Positions 30,458 to 40,002 of a DNA stretch of 64,000 nucleotides are shown piece after piece. The stretch is from NCBI GenBank assembly GCA_039804105.1, contig JBDRZU010000001.1:608001-672000 (forward strand), read 5' to 3'. Every line of letters starts with the position of its first letter. Within the stretch, counting starts at the first letter, position 1. A program made the position numbers and the translations under genes. The notes beneath the pieces were generated by a model. That model worked only from the letters and a program-made list of their open reading frames with translations. It did no database searches and was not told where the DNA came from. The DNA comes from a candidate division WOR-3 bacterium. Its GTDB lineage: Bacteria > Hydrothermota > 32-111.

Positions 30458-31448
30458 AAACAGAATAATAAGAAAGGGAGATTTTTTTATAATAGCAGAA
30501 GGTGGAGTTAACCATAATGGTGATATAAATCTCGCAAAAGAACTCATAGTTAAAGCAAAAGAAGCCGGTGCAGACGCTATAAAATTTCAAACTTACAAAA
30601 CAGAAAAGTTGATAATAAAGAATAAAAAAACAGAGGACTTTTTTAATATGATAAAAAAATTGGAACTTTCTGAAAAGGATTTTATAGAATTAAAAGATTT
30701 CGCTATAAAAAACGATATAATTTTTCTTTCAACACCCGATGAGGAAGAATCTTTAAAATTTTTGCTCTCATTGAATTTACCTGCAATAAAAATAGGTTCA
30801 GGTGAAGCGAATAATATTGATTTTCTAATAAATGTTGCAAAAACAAAAAAAGTGGTCTTGATATCAACTGGATGTTGTAATGAAGAAGAGATCGACCGAA
30901 TATATAAAACGATCTATCCTTTGAATAAAAAGATGATACTTCTGCATTGTATTTCAGAATACCCTGCTTCGATAGAATCACTGAACCTTCAGTTTATAAA
31001 AAAAATGGTAAAAAAATATAATTGTCCTATAGGATTTTCTGATCACACAACTTCGATATTTACTCCATCGATTGCATACATCCTTGGAGCAACGGTTATT
31101 GAAAAACATTTTACACTTGATAAAAATCTTCCAGGTCCAGATCATTCGTCATCTCTTGATTTTGAGGAATTCAAAAATATGGTTGAATTACTCTACGAAA
31201 CAAAAAAGGCACTCGGTAAAGATATTAGAAAAATAACCGAAAAGGAAGACAGGATAAGAAAGTTCATTAGAAAATCTCTTTTTTCAAAAACTGATATAAA
31301 AAAAGGTGGAACATTAACAAAAGAAAACACAATCCTTTTAAGACCAGAAATAGGGATAAGGGCTGATCAGTCGTTGAAAGTTTATGGAAAAAGGATAAAA
31401 GTTAAAAAAAACAAATTTAAACCAATATTTTCAAATGAGATAGATTAA
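30441..31448 (+). CDS. neuB: N-acetylneuraminate / nonulosonate synthase family
   Basis: IAEGGVNHNGD, GADAIKFQT, KIGSGE, LHCISEYP, GFSDHT, IEKHFTLD, PDH; C-terminal SAF-like domain. Confidence 0.92.
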   Translation: MVIKIKNRIIRKGDFFIIAEGGVNHNGDINLAKELIVKAKEAGADAIKFQTYKTEKLIIKNKKTEDFFNMIKKLELSEKDFIELKDFAIKNDIIFLSTPDEEESLKFLLSLNLPAIKIGSGEANNIDFLINVAKTKKVVLISTGCCNEEEIDRIYKTIYPLNKKMILLHCISEYPASIESLNLQFIKKMVKKYNCPIGFSDHTTSIFTPSIAYILGATVIEKHFTLDKNLPGPDHSSSLDFEEFKNMVELLYETKKALGKDIRKITEKEDRIRKFIRKSLFSKTDIKKGGTLTKENTILLRPEIGIRADQSLKVYGKRIKVKKNKFKPIFSNEID

Positions 31449-31603
31449 AATATCGTGTATATGAATGGAGAAATTGTTGTTGATGTGAATAAAAAGATCA
31501 ATAAACCTAAAAGTAAAATTATTATTATAAGAGGAAGTAACCAATATTTCTTCTTTTTCAACAAAAATTTCATCAAAGATTTCAAAGTTTTTAAAAAACC
31601 CAT
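31445..31603 (-). CDS. Small membrane protein, DUF5989 / SxtK-like (52 aa; below the ORF-track cutoff)
   Basis: Manual translation MGFLKTLKSLMKFLLKKKKYWLLPLIIIILLLGLLIFLFTSTTISPFIYTIF*; KKYWLLP...PFIYT.F signature. Confidence 0.85.
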   Translation of the reverse strand: MGFLKTLKSLMKFLLKKKKYWLLPLIIIILLLGLLIFLFTSTTISPFIYTIF

Positions 31604-31978
31604 TTAGAATGGCTCCTCAATATCAAATTCATCTTCTACATATTTGTTATAATAAGAATTCTCTTGTTTGTTTATATTTTTATAAAACCTCTTATCCATC
31701 ATATAAAGTATCGGTTTGAACATTAAAAATATTATATAATAAATGAGAAATATTATCAACACTGTAAAAAGAAAAGTGAGAAAGTAAAATAGTTTATCTA
31801 ACATTTTTTTAACAACAAATAATTTTTTAGGTAAAAATATCAAAATTAAAAATGATCCTAATGTTAATAAAAGGAAAAAAAATTTCAATAATTCAATTTT
31901 TCGAAAGATAAAAGTCAACATCAAAAAAATTAAAACAACCTGAATTGATTTTAACCTTTCAATCATTCCTTTTTTCAA
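31604..31978 (-). CDS. SxtJ-like membrane protein
   Basis: Three hydrophobic segments, C-terminal NSYY...EEPF; lies between the carbamoyltransferase and DUF5989. Confidence 0.6.
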   Translation of the reverse strand: MKKGMIERLKSIQVVLIFLMLTFIFRKIELLKFFFLLLTLGSFLILIFLPKKLFVVKKMLDKLFYFLTFLFTVLIIFLIYYIIFLMFKPILYMMDKRFYKNINKQENSYYNKYVEDEFDIEEPF

Positions 31979-33749
31979 TTTTAAAATCTCCTTTTTTTCT
32001 CACCTGTTCTTCCTTCCTTAATATAAAATTACCAATTATTAAAACATCTATATCGGTTTCGATGAAAGTTTTAAAAGCATCTTCAGGATTTTCAACAATC
32101 GGTTGACCTCTTACATTGAAGGATGTATTTATAACCATAGGGCATCCCGTTCTTTTATAAAAATTATATATGAGCGAATAAAACAGAGGATTACTCTTTT
32201 TACTTACAAGTTGGACTCTTGATGTAAAATCTGAATGGACTACAGAGGGAAACTGGGTAATACTTTTTCTAAGAATTTTAAAATCGTGTGGAATAAACTC
32301 TTCAGTATTTTTAAAATCATCTCTAATTTCTGAAACTGTTAACATATAGTAAGTAGGGTAACCTTTTTTAAAAATCAGTTCATATTTATCTTCAAGAACT
32401 GCCGGGGCAAGTGGTCTGAAAGATTCTCTGAACTTAATCTTCAGGTTCATTATTTTTTGCATTTCTGGATCTGTTGGATCACCTAAAATACTTCTATTTC
32501 CTAAAGCTCTTGGTCCATACTCCATTCTTCCCTGAAACCATCCAACAACTTTTTTCTTGAGTATCTCTTCACAACCAACAAGATCAGGATTAACTATTTT
32601 TTTATAAATCCCATTCAATTTTTCTAAACTTTCCTCTATCTCCTCATCGGAATATTCTGTTCCAAGAAAAGAATAATTCTGACAATCTCTTATGTTCAAG
32701 TTATAATATCTGTTTGCAACATACAAAGCTGCTCCAAGAGAACCACCAGCATCACCTGATGCAGGCTGAATAAAAAAATTTTCAGGCTGATAAGATTCCA
32801 AAACTTTGGTATTCGCAACACAGTTTAAACCAACCCCTCCTCCAATTATCAAATTTCTTTCGTTCGTTTCACTTTTCAACTTTAAAGCCATCTTTATGAG
32901 AATCTCCTCTAAAATTTTCTGAACTGAAGCAGCGATGTCAGCATACTCTTCGTTTAAAGGTTCTTCTTCTTTTCTAATTTTTATTCCAAAAAGTTTTTCC
33001 ATTCGTTTCCCACACATCCGTAAACCATTCTGAAAATCAAAAAATTTCAAATTCAATCTATAAGATCCATCATCTTTGATATCTATCAAATTCTCCTTTA
33101 TCAAAGAAACATATCGAGGAACACCATAAGGAGCAAGTCCCATCAATTTATATTCACCTGAGTTAACTTTAAATCCAGTAAAATATGTAAACGTTGAATA
33201 GAACATTCCAAGTGAATGTGGATAATCTATCGAATAAAGAATTTTTATATTTTTATCATCAACAACTCCAAGAGTCGTTGTTTCCCATTCTCCGACACCA
33301 TCATTTATTATAAATGCTGCTCTTTCAAGATCGGATGGATAAAATGAGGAAGATATGTGTGAAACATGATGCGGAACATAGAATATTTTATAACTACCCT
33401 TTATCAATTTTCTTAATTTCGATTCAGTATAAAGTTTATCTTTAATCCACAATGGTAAAGAGGTGAAAGCAAACTCAAAATTTTTCGGTGTTGAATATAT
33501 CAAATTTTCAATTATTCTCTCAAATTTTAAAATTGGTTTATCATAAAAAACAAGTGCCTTAAGTCTCACCGGATCAAAATCAAACTTTTTTTTAAGGATC
33601 TCTATTGATAATTCTGGTAACCTTTCATCAAATTTTATTTTCGAAAATCTTTCTTCCTGAAGAGCAGCAACAACTTTATCGTTTTTTATATAAGTTACGG
33701 ATGAATCATGGAACAGTGCTGAAATTCCTAAAATTTCTATTTCACTCAT
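31959..33749 (-). CDS. Carbamoyltransferase, NodU/CmcH (SxtI-like) family
   Basis: ILGISALFHDSS, QEERFSKIK, HHVSH, DGVGE, EYKLMGLAPYG, GGVGLNC, EYGPRALGNRSI, KFRESFRP, NTSFNVRG. Confidence 0.95.
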   Translation of the reverse strand: MSEIEILGISALFHDSSVTYIKNDKVVAALQEERFSKIKFDERLPELSIEILKKKFDFDPVRLKALVFYDKPILKFERIIENLIYSTPKNFEFAFTSLPLWIKDKLYTESKLRKLIKGSYKIFYVPHHVSHISSSFYPSDLERAAFIINDGVGEWETTTLGVVDDKNIKILYSIDYPHSLGMFYSTFTYFTGFKVNSGEYKLMGLAPYGVPRYVSLIKENLIDIKDDGSYRLNLKFFDFQNGLRMCGKRMEKLFGIKIRKEEEPLNEEYADIAASVQKILEEILIKMALKLKSETNERNLIIGGGVGLNCVANTKVLESYQPENFFIQPASGDAGGSLGAALYVANRYYNLNIRDCQNYSFLGTEYSDEEIEESLEKLNGIYKKIVNPDLVGCEEILKKKVVGWFQGRMEYGPRALGNRSILGDPTDPEMQKIMNLKIKFRESFRPLAPAVLEDKYELIFKKGYPTYYMLTVSEIRDDFKNTEEFIPHDFKILRKSITQFPSVVHSDFTSRVQLVSKKSNPLFYSLIYNFYKRTGCPMVINTSFNVRGQPIVENPEDAFKTFIETDIDVLIIGNFILRKEEQVRKKGDFKIEKRND

Positions 33750-35658
33750 ACCTAAAATCTTTAATATAAGATTTTAAAATTTGACGAACATTCCCATCAG
33801 AATTTTTAAAATCCTCAACCATTCTTTCTATTTTGTTATTCTCAATCTTTTCTACAAAAAGAATTTTAAATATCTTATCAAACCTTGTTCTTTCTGTCTG
33901 TTCATCTTCTCTGTGTAGTTCCTCATGAAGTTTTTCACCTTTTCTCATTCCAGTGTAAACTATCTTTATATCCTTATTAGGGACATACCCATACATTCTG
34001 ATAATATTTTCAGCTACATCATTTATCTTTACCGGTTTTCCCATATCGAGCATAAACATTTCGCCACCTTCTCCAATGCCTGTTGCTTCAAGGCAGAGTG
34101 TTACCGCCTCTGAAATCGTCATAAAATATCTTGTCATATTTTTATCTGTTACTGTTACAGGTCCCCCATTTTTTATCTGCTCTTCAAAAATCGGAATCAC
34201 ACTTCCCCTTGACCCAAGAACATTTCCAAATCTTACAGCAAAAAACTTGGTAAAAGGATCTTCCTGAGAAACAACAAGCATTTCTCCTATCCTTTTTGTC
34301 GCACCCATAATTGACGAAGGTTTAACAGCTTTATCAGTTGATATATAAAGAAATCTTTTAACCTTTCCTTTCGATGCTTTAATTAGATTAAAAGTTCCTA
34401 AAATATTTGTTTTCACTGCCTCATAAGGGAATTCTTCACATATCGGAACATGTTTTAAAGCAGCAGCATGAAAAACTACAGATATTTTTTCTTTTTCAAT
34501 CAATTGGGTAATACTTGCATAATCTCTTATATCAGCAAGAACTATTTTTATATCTTTTGAATATCTCTGTTTCATTCTTTCCTTAAGATAAAAAAGTTCA
34601 GTTTCGTTTATATCAAGTGCAAAAACATTTGAAGCATTAAATTTAATAACCTGATTTACAATTTCACTACCTATTGACCCAGCAGCACCAGTAACAAGTA
34701 CATTCTCTCCTTCAAGATAACTCCCTATCAATCCAAGATCATAGGAAACTTTCTCTCTTCCCAAAAGATCTGTAATATCTATATTTCTAACATCCTTTGA
34801 AGATACCTTTCCATCAACAATACTATCAACCGATGGAAGAACCTTTATTTCCTTACAACCACTTTTTTCCAATTTTATATATATTTTCTGTAAATTTTCT
34901 CTATCCAAAGATGGAATCGCTATAAGCACAGTATAACAATCGTTCTCTTTCATAACATTTTTTAAGATGTCACTTCCACCAACAACTTTCAATCCATGGA
35001 TCCTATTTCCTTTTTTCTTTGGATCATCATCAATAAATAGGATAGGATTATAATCACTTTTTCTTGAAAGCATATCTCTCGCGATCTGTTCACCAGCATC
35101 ACCAGCACCATAGATTATAATCTTTTTCCTCTTTTCGATTTCCTTTCGACCTTCAAAAGATAGTAAAAACCTTTTTAAACTCCTCAAAGTCAAGAGAAAC
35201 CAGAGTGAAAAAAAATAGTCAAGAAAAAAAACTGATCTTGGTAAGAACGAAAGAATTTGATTTTTTAGAAAGAATAAAGATACATAAAATGAAATGAATT
35301 GTGAAAAAGTCAGTGAAATGCCAAGTTTTACAGCATCGTTAAAAGAAAAATATCTCCAATTAAAAGAATATATATCAAAAATAAACAGTAAAAAAAGTTT
35401 TGAAAAAATAAAAATAGGAAGAAAGTTCTTATATAGATTAAAATTCAAAAAAACTTCAGTTATACTGAATCTAATACTGAATGAGAGAAAATATGAAAAA
35501 ATGAAAAGAAGCAGGTCAAACAAAATAAAAAAAATTATTCTTTTCAGATAACTAGGTTTAAACAGATCTTCTTTCAAAAAATTCTTTAATCTTTTCATAA
35601 ACATATTTCTGCTCCATAATAGTAAGACCCGTAAAAAATGGGATAGCAACAAGTTCAT
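33742..35658 (-). CDS. Membrane-anchored nucleoside-diphosphate sugar 4,6-dehydratase (CapD/PglF/WbpM family); true start probably downstream of 35658
   Basis: N-terminal TMs, YGAGDAG, DLLGR, TGAAGSIGSE, FHAAALKHVP, STDKAV, MGATKR, RFGNVLGSRGSV, GEKLHEEL. Confidence 0.93.
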   Translation of the reverse strand: MNLLLSHFLRVLLLWSRNMFMKRLKNFLKEDLFKPSYLKRIIFFILFDLLLFIFSYFLSFSIRFSITEVFLNFNLYKNFLPIFIFSKLFLLFIFDIYSFNWRYFSFNDAVKLGISLTFSQFISFYVSLFFLKNQILSFLPRSVFFLDYFFSLWFLLTLRSLKRFLLSFEGRKEIEKRKKIIIYGAGDAGEQIARDMLSRKSDYNPILFIDDDPKKKGNRIHGLKVVGGSDILKNVMKENDCYTVLIAIPSLDRENLQKIYIKLEKSGCKEIKVLPSVDSIVDGKVSSKDVRNIDITDLLGREKVSYDLGLIGSYLEGENVLVTGAAGSIGSEIVNQVIKFNASNVFALDINETELFYLKERMKQRYSKDIKIVLADIRDYASITQLIEKEKISVVFHAAALKHVPICEEFPYEAVKTNILGTFNLIKASKGKVKRFLYISTDKAVKPSSIMGATKRIGEMLVVSQEDPFTKFFAVRFGNVLGSRGSVIPIFEEQIKNGGPVTVTDKNMTRYFMTISEAVTLCLEATGIGEGGEMFMLDMGKPVKINDVAENIIRMYGYVPNKDIKIVYTGMRKGEKLHEELHREDEQTERTRFDKIFKILFVEKIENNKIERMVEDFKNSDGNVRQILKSYIKDFRYE

Positions 35659-36718
35659 CAGATATTTTTTCAGTTATAGGGAAATCTCCCTTTTTATAGC
35701 CAAAAATTTTTTTATAGAAAGGTTGAAGATGTATTGGATAAAAGTACCTTTTCGAAGATATTCCATTTTTATTTAAAAATTCTATCAACTCATTTCTATA
35801 ATTTTTATCAACAAATATATAAAATAAGAACCATGAACTCTTCTGCCCTTCAATTATCGAAGGCAATCTTATCTCTTTTATTCGTTTCAATAACTTCATA
35901 TATCTTTTTGCAACATTTTCTCTTTTCTTTAAGATATTTTCCAAATTTTCCATCTGTGCCAATCCAAGAGCTGAATTTATATCACTAACCCTGAAATTGT
36001 ATCCAAGATACCTATGTATATAATTGGGGTCACCTTCGACCCTCCCTTGATTTCTTAAAGCTTTAAGATAAAAATAAAGTTTTTTGTCATCAGTTAAAAT
36101 CATTCCACCTTCACCTGTGGTTATCTGTTTGTTCGGATAGAAAGCAAAAACCGATCCTATCCCAAAAATACCAGATTTTTTACCTTTAAATTCACTCCCA
36201 AGAGATTCTGAAGAATCTTCAAACAATAAAAGATTATAATCATCACATAACTCTTTTATCTTTTCATAATCACACAGATTTCCAAGAATATCCACAGAAA
36301 GGATACCTTTTAAAACTTTTCCGTTTTTTTTGTTCACAAAATTTTTGCCGTTTTTTTTATAATCACTTTTTATCTTTTTCTCGATCAGATCAGGAGAAAT
36401 ACATAAACTCTTTTCATCGATATCGACAAAAACTGGAGTTGCATTACAATACAAAATCGCGTTTGAAGATGCTATAAATGAAAAAGGTGTTGTAATTATT
36501 TCATTGTCACTTTGAGTCCCCGCTGCTTTTAAAAGCAAGAACAATCCAGCAGTTCCAGATGATACCATAACGGAATATTTTCTACCAATATAATCTTTGA
36601 ATCTGTTTTCAAACTTCTCTGTATATTCCCCCATGCTGAGTTTTTCAGATCTCAATAAATAATCCACATATTTTTTTTCGTTACCTTTAAAATAAATACC
36701 GGATAATGGAATCCTCAT
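35558..36718 (-). CDS. DegT/DnrJ/EryC1/StrS sugar aminotransferase
   Basis: SSGTAGL, TPFSFIAS, FEDSSESLG, FAFYPNKQITTGEGG, GYNFR. Confidence 0.93.
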   Translation of the reverse strand: MRIPLSGIYFKGNEKKYVDYLLRSEKLSMGEYTEKFENRFKDYIGRKYSVMVSSGTAGLFLLLKAAGTQSDNEIITTPFSFIASSNAILYCNATPVFVDIDEKSLCISPDLIEKKIKSDYKKNGKNFVNKKNGKVLKGILSVDILGNLCDYEKIKELCDDYNLLLFEDSSESLGSEFKGKKSGIFGIGSVFAFYPNKQITTGEGGMILTDDKKLYFYLKALRNQGRVEGDPNYIHRYLGYNFRVSDINSALGLAQMENLENILKKRENVAKRYMKLLKRIKEIRLPSIIEGQKSSWFLFYIFVDKNYRNELIEFLNKNGISSKRYFYPIHLQPFYKKIFGYKKGDFPITEKISDELVAIPFFTGLTIMEQKYVYEKIKEFFERRSV

Positions 36719-36719
36719 A

Positions 36720-37745
36720 TTATTTCTTTTTTAAAAAGATTTTTTTCCCCTTCTTTGATGCTTCATATACAGCCATAATAAGTTCAAGGGATTTCCTTCC
36801 TTCTAAACCATCAGTCAAAGGCAAACTATCCTTTTCTAGTGAATTTAAAACATTTTCATAATACGCAAAATGTCCTTCACCATAAATATTTTTTGGAACA
36901 TAGTTAACCTTTTCAATCAGAGCATCATCGTCATCATATTTTTCGAATTCCCATTTTTCGATTTTGTTCAAAGCTGTTCCACTGATTTTGACTGTTCCTT
37001 TTTCACCAATAACCGTTATTGATCCCTCATAGTTCCTTGGATAGGTAAGCATTGTTACCTGTATAACTCCCAAAGCCCCATTTTTATATCTTAAAACAGC
37101 TCCTCCTGTATCCTCTGCCTCTATCTTCCTTGCGAGTCGTGAAGTTATTGCGACAACTTCTTTTACTTCTCCACCAAGCCAGACCATAAGATCAACATAA
37201 TGTGATGCTTGATTTAAAAAAGCACCTCCATCATATTTCCATGTTCCTCTCCATTTCGCTTGATCATAATATTCTTGTGGCCTATTCCAGAATACGGTTG
37301 TATTTATGAAATATATCTTTTCAAATCTATTTTTTTCGATTGCTTTCTTTAAAAGTTGAACAGTAGGATTTAATCTATTCTGCTTAACAACAAAAAGTTT
37401 GACTTTATTTTTTTTACATTCATTTATAAGCTTATCAGCATCCTTGAGATTTACAGCCATGGGTTTTTCAGTTAGAACATTTATTTTTTTTCTCGCTGCC
37501 ATTATACCATGGATTGGATGCAATCCTGAAGGAGTACAGATAGATAAAAGGTCAATATCCTCATTTGAAAGCATATCTTCAAGATTTTTGTAATATGGAA
37601 CATCAAATCTTTCACCCGATCTCTTGGCTTTTTCTAACACTATATCACACACAGCAACAAGTTTTATTCTTTCATTGAATTTTTCATACACCTCAAAATG
37701 CTTTTCAGATATCCTACCACATCCAACTAGTCCAACTCTTATCAT
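36720..37745 (-). CDS. Gfo/Idh/MocA oxidoreductase (WbpB/WlbA-like UDP-GlcNAcA 3-dehydrogenase)
   Basis: GCGRIS, CTPSGLH, TEKPMA, VKQNRLNP, WRGTW..DGGAFLNQASHYVD. Confidence 0.85.
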   Translation of the reverse strand: MIRVGLVGCGRISEKHFEVYEKFNERIKLVAVCDIVLEKAKRSGERFDVPYYKNLEDMLSNEDIDLLSICTPSGLHPIHGIMAARKKINVLTEKPMAVNLKDADKLINECKKNKVKLFVVKQNRLNPTVQLLKKAIEKNRFEKIYFINTTVFWNRPQEYYDQAKWRGTWKYDGGAFLNQASHYVDLMVWLGGEVKEVVAITSRLARKIEAEDTGGAVLRYKNGALGVIQVTMLTYPRNYEGSITVIGEKGTVKISGTALNKIEKWEFEKYDDDDALIEKVNYVPKNIYGEGHFAYYENVLNSLEKDSLPLTDGLEGRKSLELIMAVYEASKKGKKIFLKKK

Positions 37746-38686
37746 ATAACACCTCTAAAATATTGAATCGTCCTGGATAGTCCTACCTCAATAGGTACTC
37801 TGTTTTTATATTTTAAAACTTTTCTTGCAAGTGTCAGATCAGGTTTTCTCTTAACAGGATCATCAGTAGGTAGATCTCTAAAAACTATCTTTGATCTTGA
37901 TTTAGTTAATTTTATAATCATTTGTGCTAAATCGATGATCTTGATCTCTTCATCTGAACCAAGGTTTACTGGGCCTGTAAAATTAAGTTCACTATCACTT
38001 AACTTTACAATACCATCAATAAGATCATCTATATAGCAAAAAGATCTTGTTTGTGTTCCATCACCATAAACAGTTATATCACTATTTCCCAGGGCCTGAA
38101 CGATAAAATTTGAAACAACCCTACCATCATCTTTTGACATATACTCCCCATAGGTATTGAATATCCTACAAACTTTTACTTTAACATTAAAATTTCTATA
38201 ATATTCAAAGGTTAAAGTTTCAGCTACCCTTTTGCCTTCATCATAACAAGCCCTCAGACCTATAGGATTTACATTTCCCCAATAATTTTCATTCTGTGGA
38301 TGCACTAAAGGATCCCCATATATTTCGGAAGTTGAACTTAATACAAACTTTGAACCACTTCTTTTCGCAATCTCGAGTATATTCATTGTTCCTATAAAAT
38401 TTGTTTTCAAAGTTTCCAGAGGATATTTTTGATAAAATTTTGGGGAAGCCATTGAAGCAAGATGAAAAATTTTTTTTATGTCTGTGTATTCGATCCGTAT
38501 TTTTTTAGAAACATCTTTTTTCAAAAATTCAAAATTTTTAAATTTTTTTAAAATTTTCAAATTTTCAATAGAACCAGATGAAAGGTTATCAATTCCTAAA
38601 ACTTTCTCTCCTTTTTTCAAAAGGTATAATGAGAGATTTGTCCCAATAAATCCAGCACAACCAGTTATCAGGTTTATTTTCACCAT
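37742..38686 (-). CDS. UDP-glucuronate decarboxylase (UDP-xylose synthase) family SDR
   Basis: GCAGFIG, HLASMASP, STSEIYGDP..HPQ.E.YWGNVNPIG.RACYDEGKR, RIFNTYG. Confidence 0.92.
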   Translation of the reverse strand: MVKINLITGCAGFIGTNLSLYLLKKGEKVLGIDNLSSGSIENLKILKKFKNFEFLKKDVSKKIRIEYTDIKKIFHLASMASPKFYQKYPLETLKTNFIGTMNILEIAKRSGSKFVLSSTSEIYGDPLVHPQNENYWGNVNPIGLRACYDEGKRVAETLTFEYYRNFNVKVKVCRIFNTYGEYMSKDDGRVVSNFIVQALGNSDITVYGDGTQTRSFCYIDDLIDGIVKLSDSELNFTGPVNLGSDEEIKIIDLAQMIIKLTKSRSKIVFRDLPTDDPVKRKPDLTLARKVLKYKNRVPIEVGLSRTIQYFRGVI

Positions 38687-40002
38687 CCAATACCTTTATA
38701 ATTTCTCGAACTTTTCTTTTCAGGAAAGATGTTCACAAGATCAACAATTATTAGTTCTTTTTTGGTATAAGAATTTAATAATTCTCTGTAAGAGTTGTCT
38801 CTGTTTGCAACAACAACAAGTTCTATGTTGTCCAAAAACTTTTCTGGATCATCTACAAGAATATCTGAAATATGCTTTATCTCTCTTTCAATATATTCTT
38901 TATTTGAACCAACAAGTTTTGATAGTTTTACATTTTCATCATAGATTAAAACACTTTTACCTTTGCCTAAAAGTTTTTCGACAAGAACAACGGATGGAGA
39001 TTCTCTCAAATCATCAGTTCCACTTTTAAATGTTATTCCCATAACTCCAATTCTGTTCACCTTTTCTTTTAAAATTAAATCAAAAGCCCAATCGATATGA
39101 AGATTGTTTGAATCCATTATGTTTTCGATTATAGGTAATGATAATCCGTTTCTTTTTGATTCATAGGATAAAGCCCTCACATCCTTTGGCAAACATGACC
39201 CACCAAAAGCAAATCCTGGTTTTAAATAATATTCAGAAATATTAAGTTTTCTGTCCATAAGGAAAAGTTCCATAACCTCTCTGCTGTCAATCCCTTTCTT
39301 TTTACATATTCTCGCGATTTCATTAGCAAAACCAACCTTTAACCCATGAAAAGTGTTGTTTACATATTTAAGCATTTCAGCAGTTTTTATCGATGTTACA
39401 ATAAATGGTGCTTCAAGGAAAGAATACATTTGTCTTATTATTCTTTCGCTCGTTTCACACTCACAACCTATAAGCGTATATGGTGGGTTATAAAAATCGT
39501 TTACAGCATTACCTTCCCTTAAAAATTCGGGATTTGACAGAACATCAAAATCTTTTTTCCTTTTCTTTCCACTTATACTCTGGACTATCTCAGCATACTT
39601 ATCCACGGTTCCCGGCATCGATGTTGACCTTATGAGTATAAGATATTCTCTTTCAAAATTTTCTTTTCCCCTTAAAGCATCACCAATCTGTTGGGCAGTT
39701 TTAAAAATGTATGAAAGATCAACCTCTCCTGTTTCAGAAGATGGAGTCCCTACACAGATCAATGCGATATTAGTGTTTTTCACAGCATACTCAAAATCAT
39801 CGGTTGCTTCAAGATTACCAGATCTTACAACTTTTGATACTATCTCATTGATATAGGGCTCAACTATAGGAGATCTCCCACTGTTAACTTCCGAGATCTT
39901 TACATCATTTATCTCAACCCCTATAACTTTATATCCCTGCTCTGCCAAACACGCAGCGGATATTATACCCACATACCCTAAACCAAAAACAGCGATCTTC
40001 AT
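38680..40002 (-). CDS. GDP-mannose 6-dehydrogenase (AlgD)-like nucleotide-sugar dehydrogenase
   Basis: FGLGYVG, CVGTPS, NPEFLREG, KLNISEYYLKPGFAFGGSCLPKD, FKSGTDDLRESP. Confidence 0.88.
   Translation of the reverse strand: MKIAVFGLGYVGIISAACLAEQGYKVIGVEINDVKISEVNSGRSPIVEPYINEIVSKVVRSGNLEATDDFEYAVKNTNIALICVGTPSSETGEVDLSYIFKTAQQIGDALRGKENFEREYLILIRSTSMPGTVDKYAEIVQSISGKKRKKDFDVLSNPEFLREGNAVNDFYNPPYTLIGCECETSERIIRQMYSFLEAPFIVTSIKTAEMLKYVNNTFHGLKVGFANEIARICKKKGIDSREVMELFLMDRKLNISEYYLKPGFAFGGSCLPKDVRALSYESKRNGLSLPIIENIMDSNNLHIDWAFDLILKEKVNRIGVMGITFKSGTDDLRESPSVVLVEKLLGKGKSVLIYDENVKLSKLVGSNKEYIEREIKHISDILVDDPEKFLDNIELVVVANRDNSYRELLNSYTKKELIIVDLVNIFPEKKSSRNYKGIGW

Noticed and set aside
31445..33749. 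Saxitoxin biosynthesis cluster
   Set aside because: Only the I/J/K-like triad is present; no sxtA PKS-like or amidinotransferase genes; the context is sugar-nucleotide metabolism
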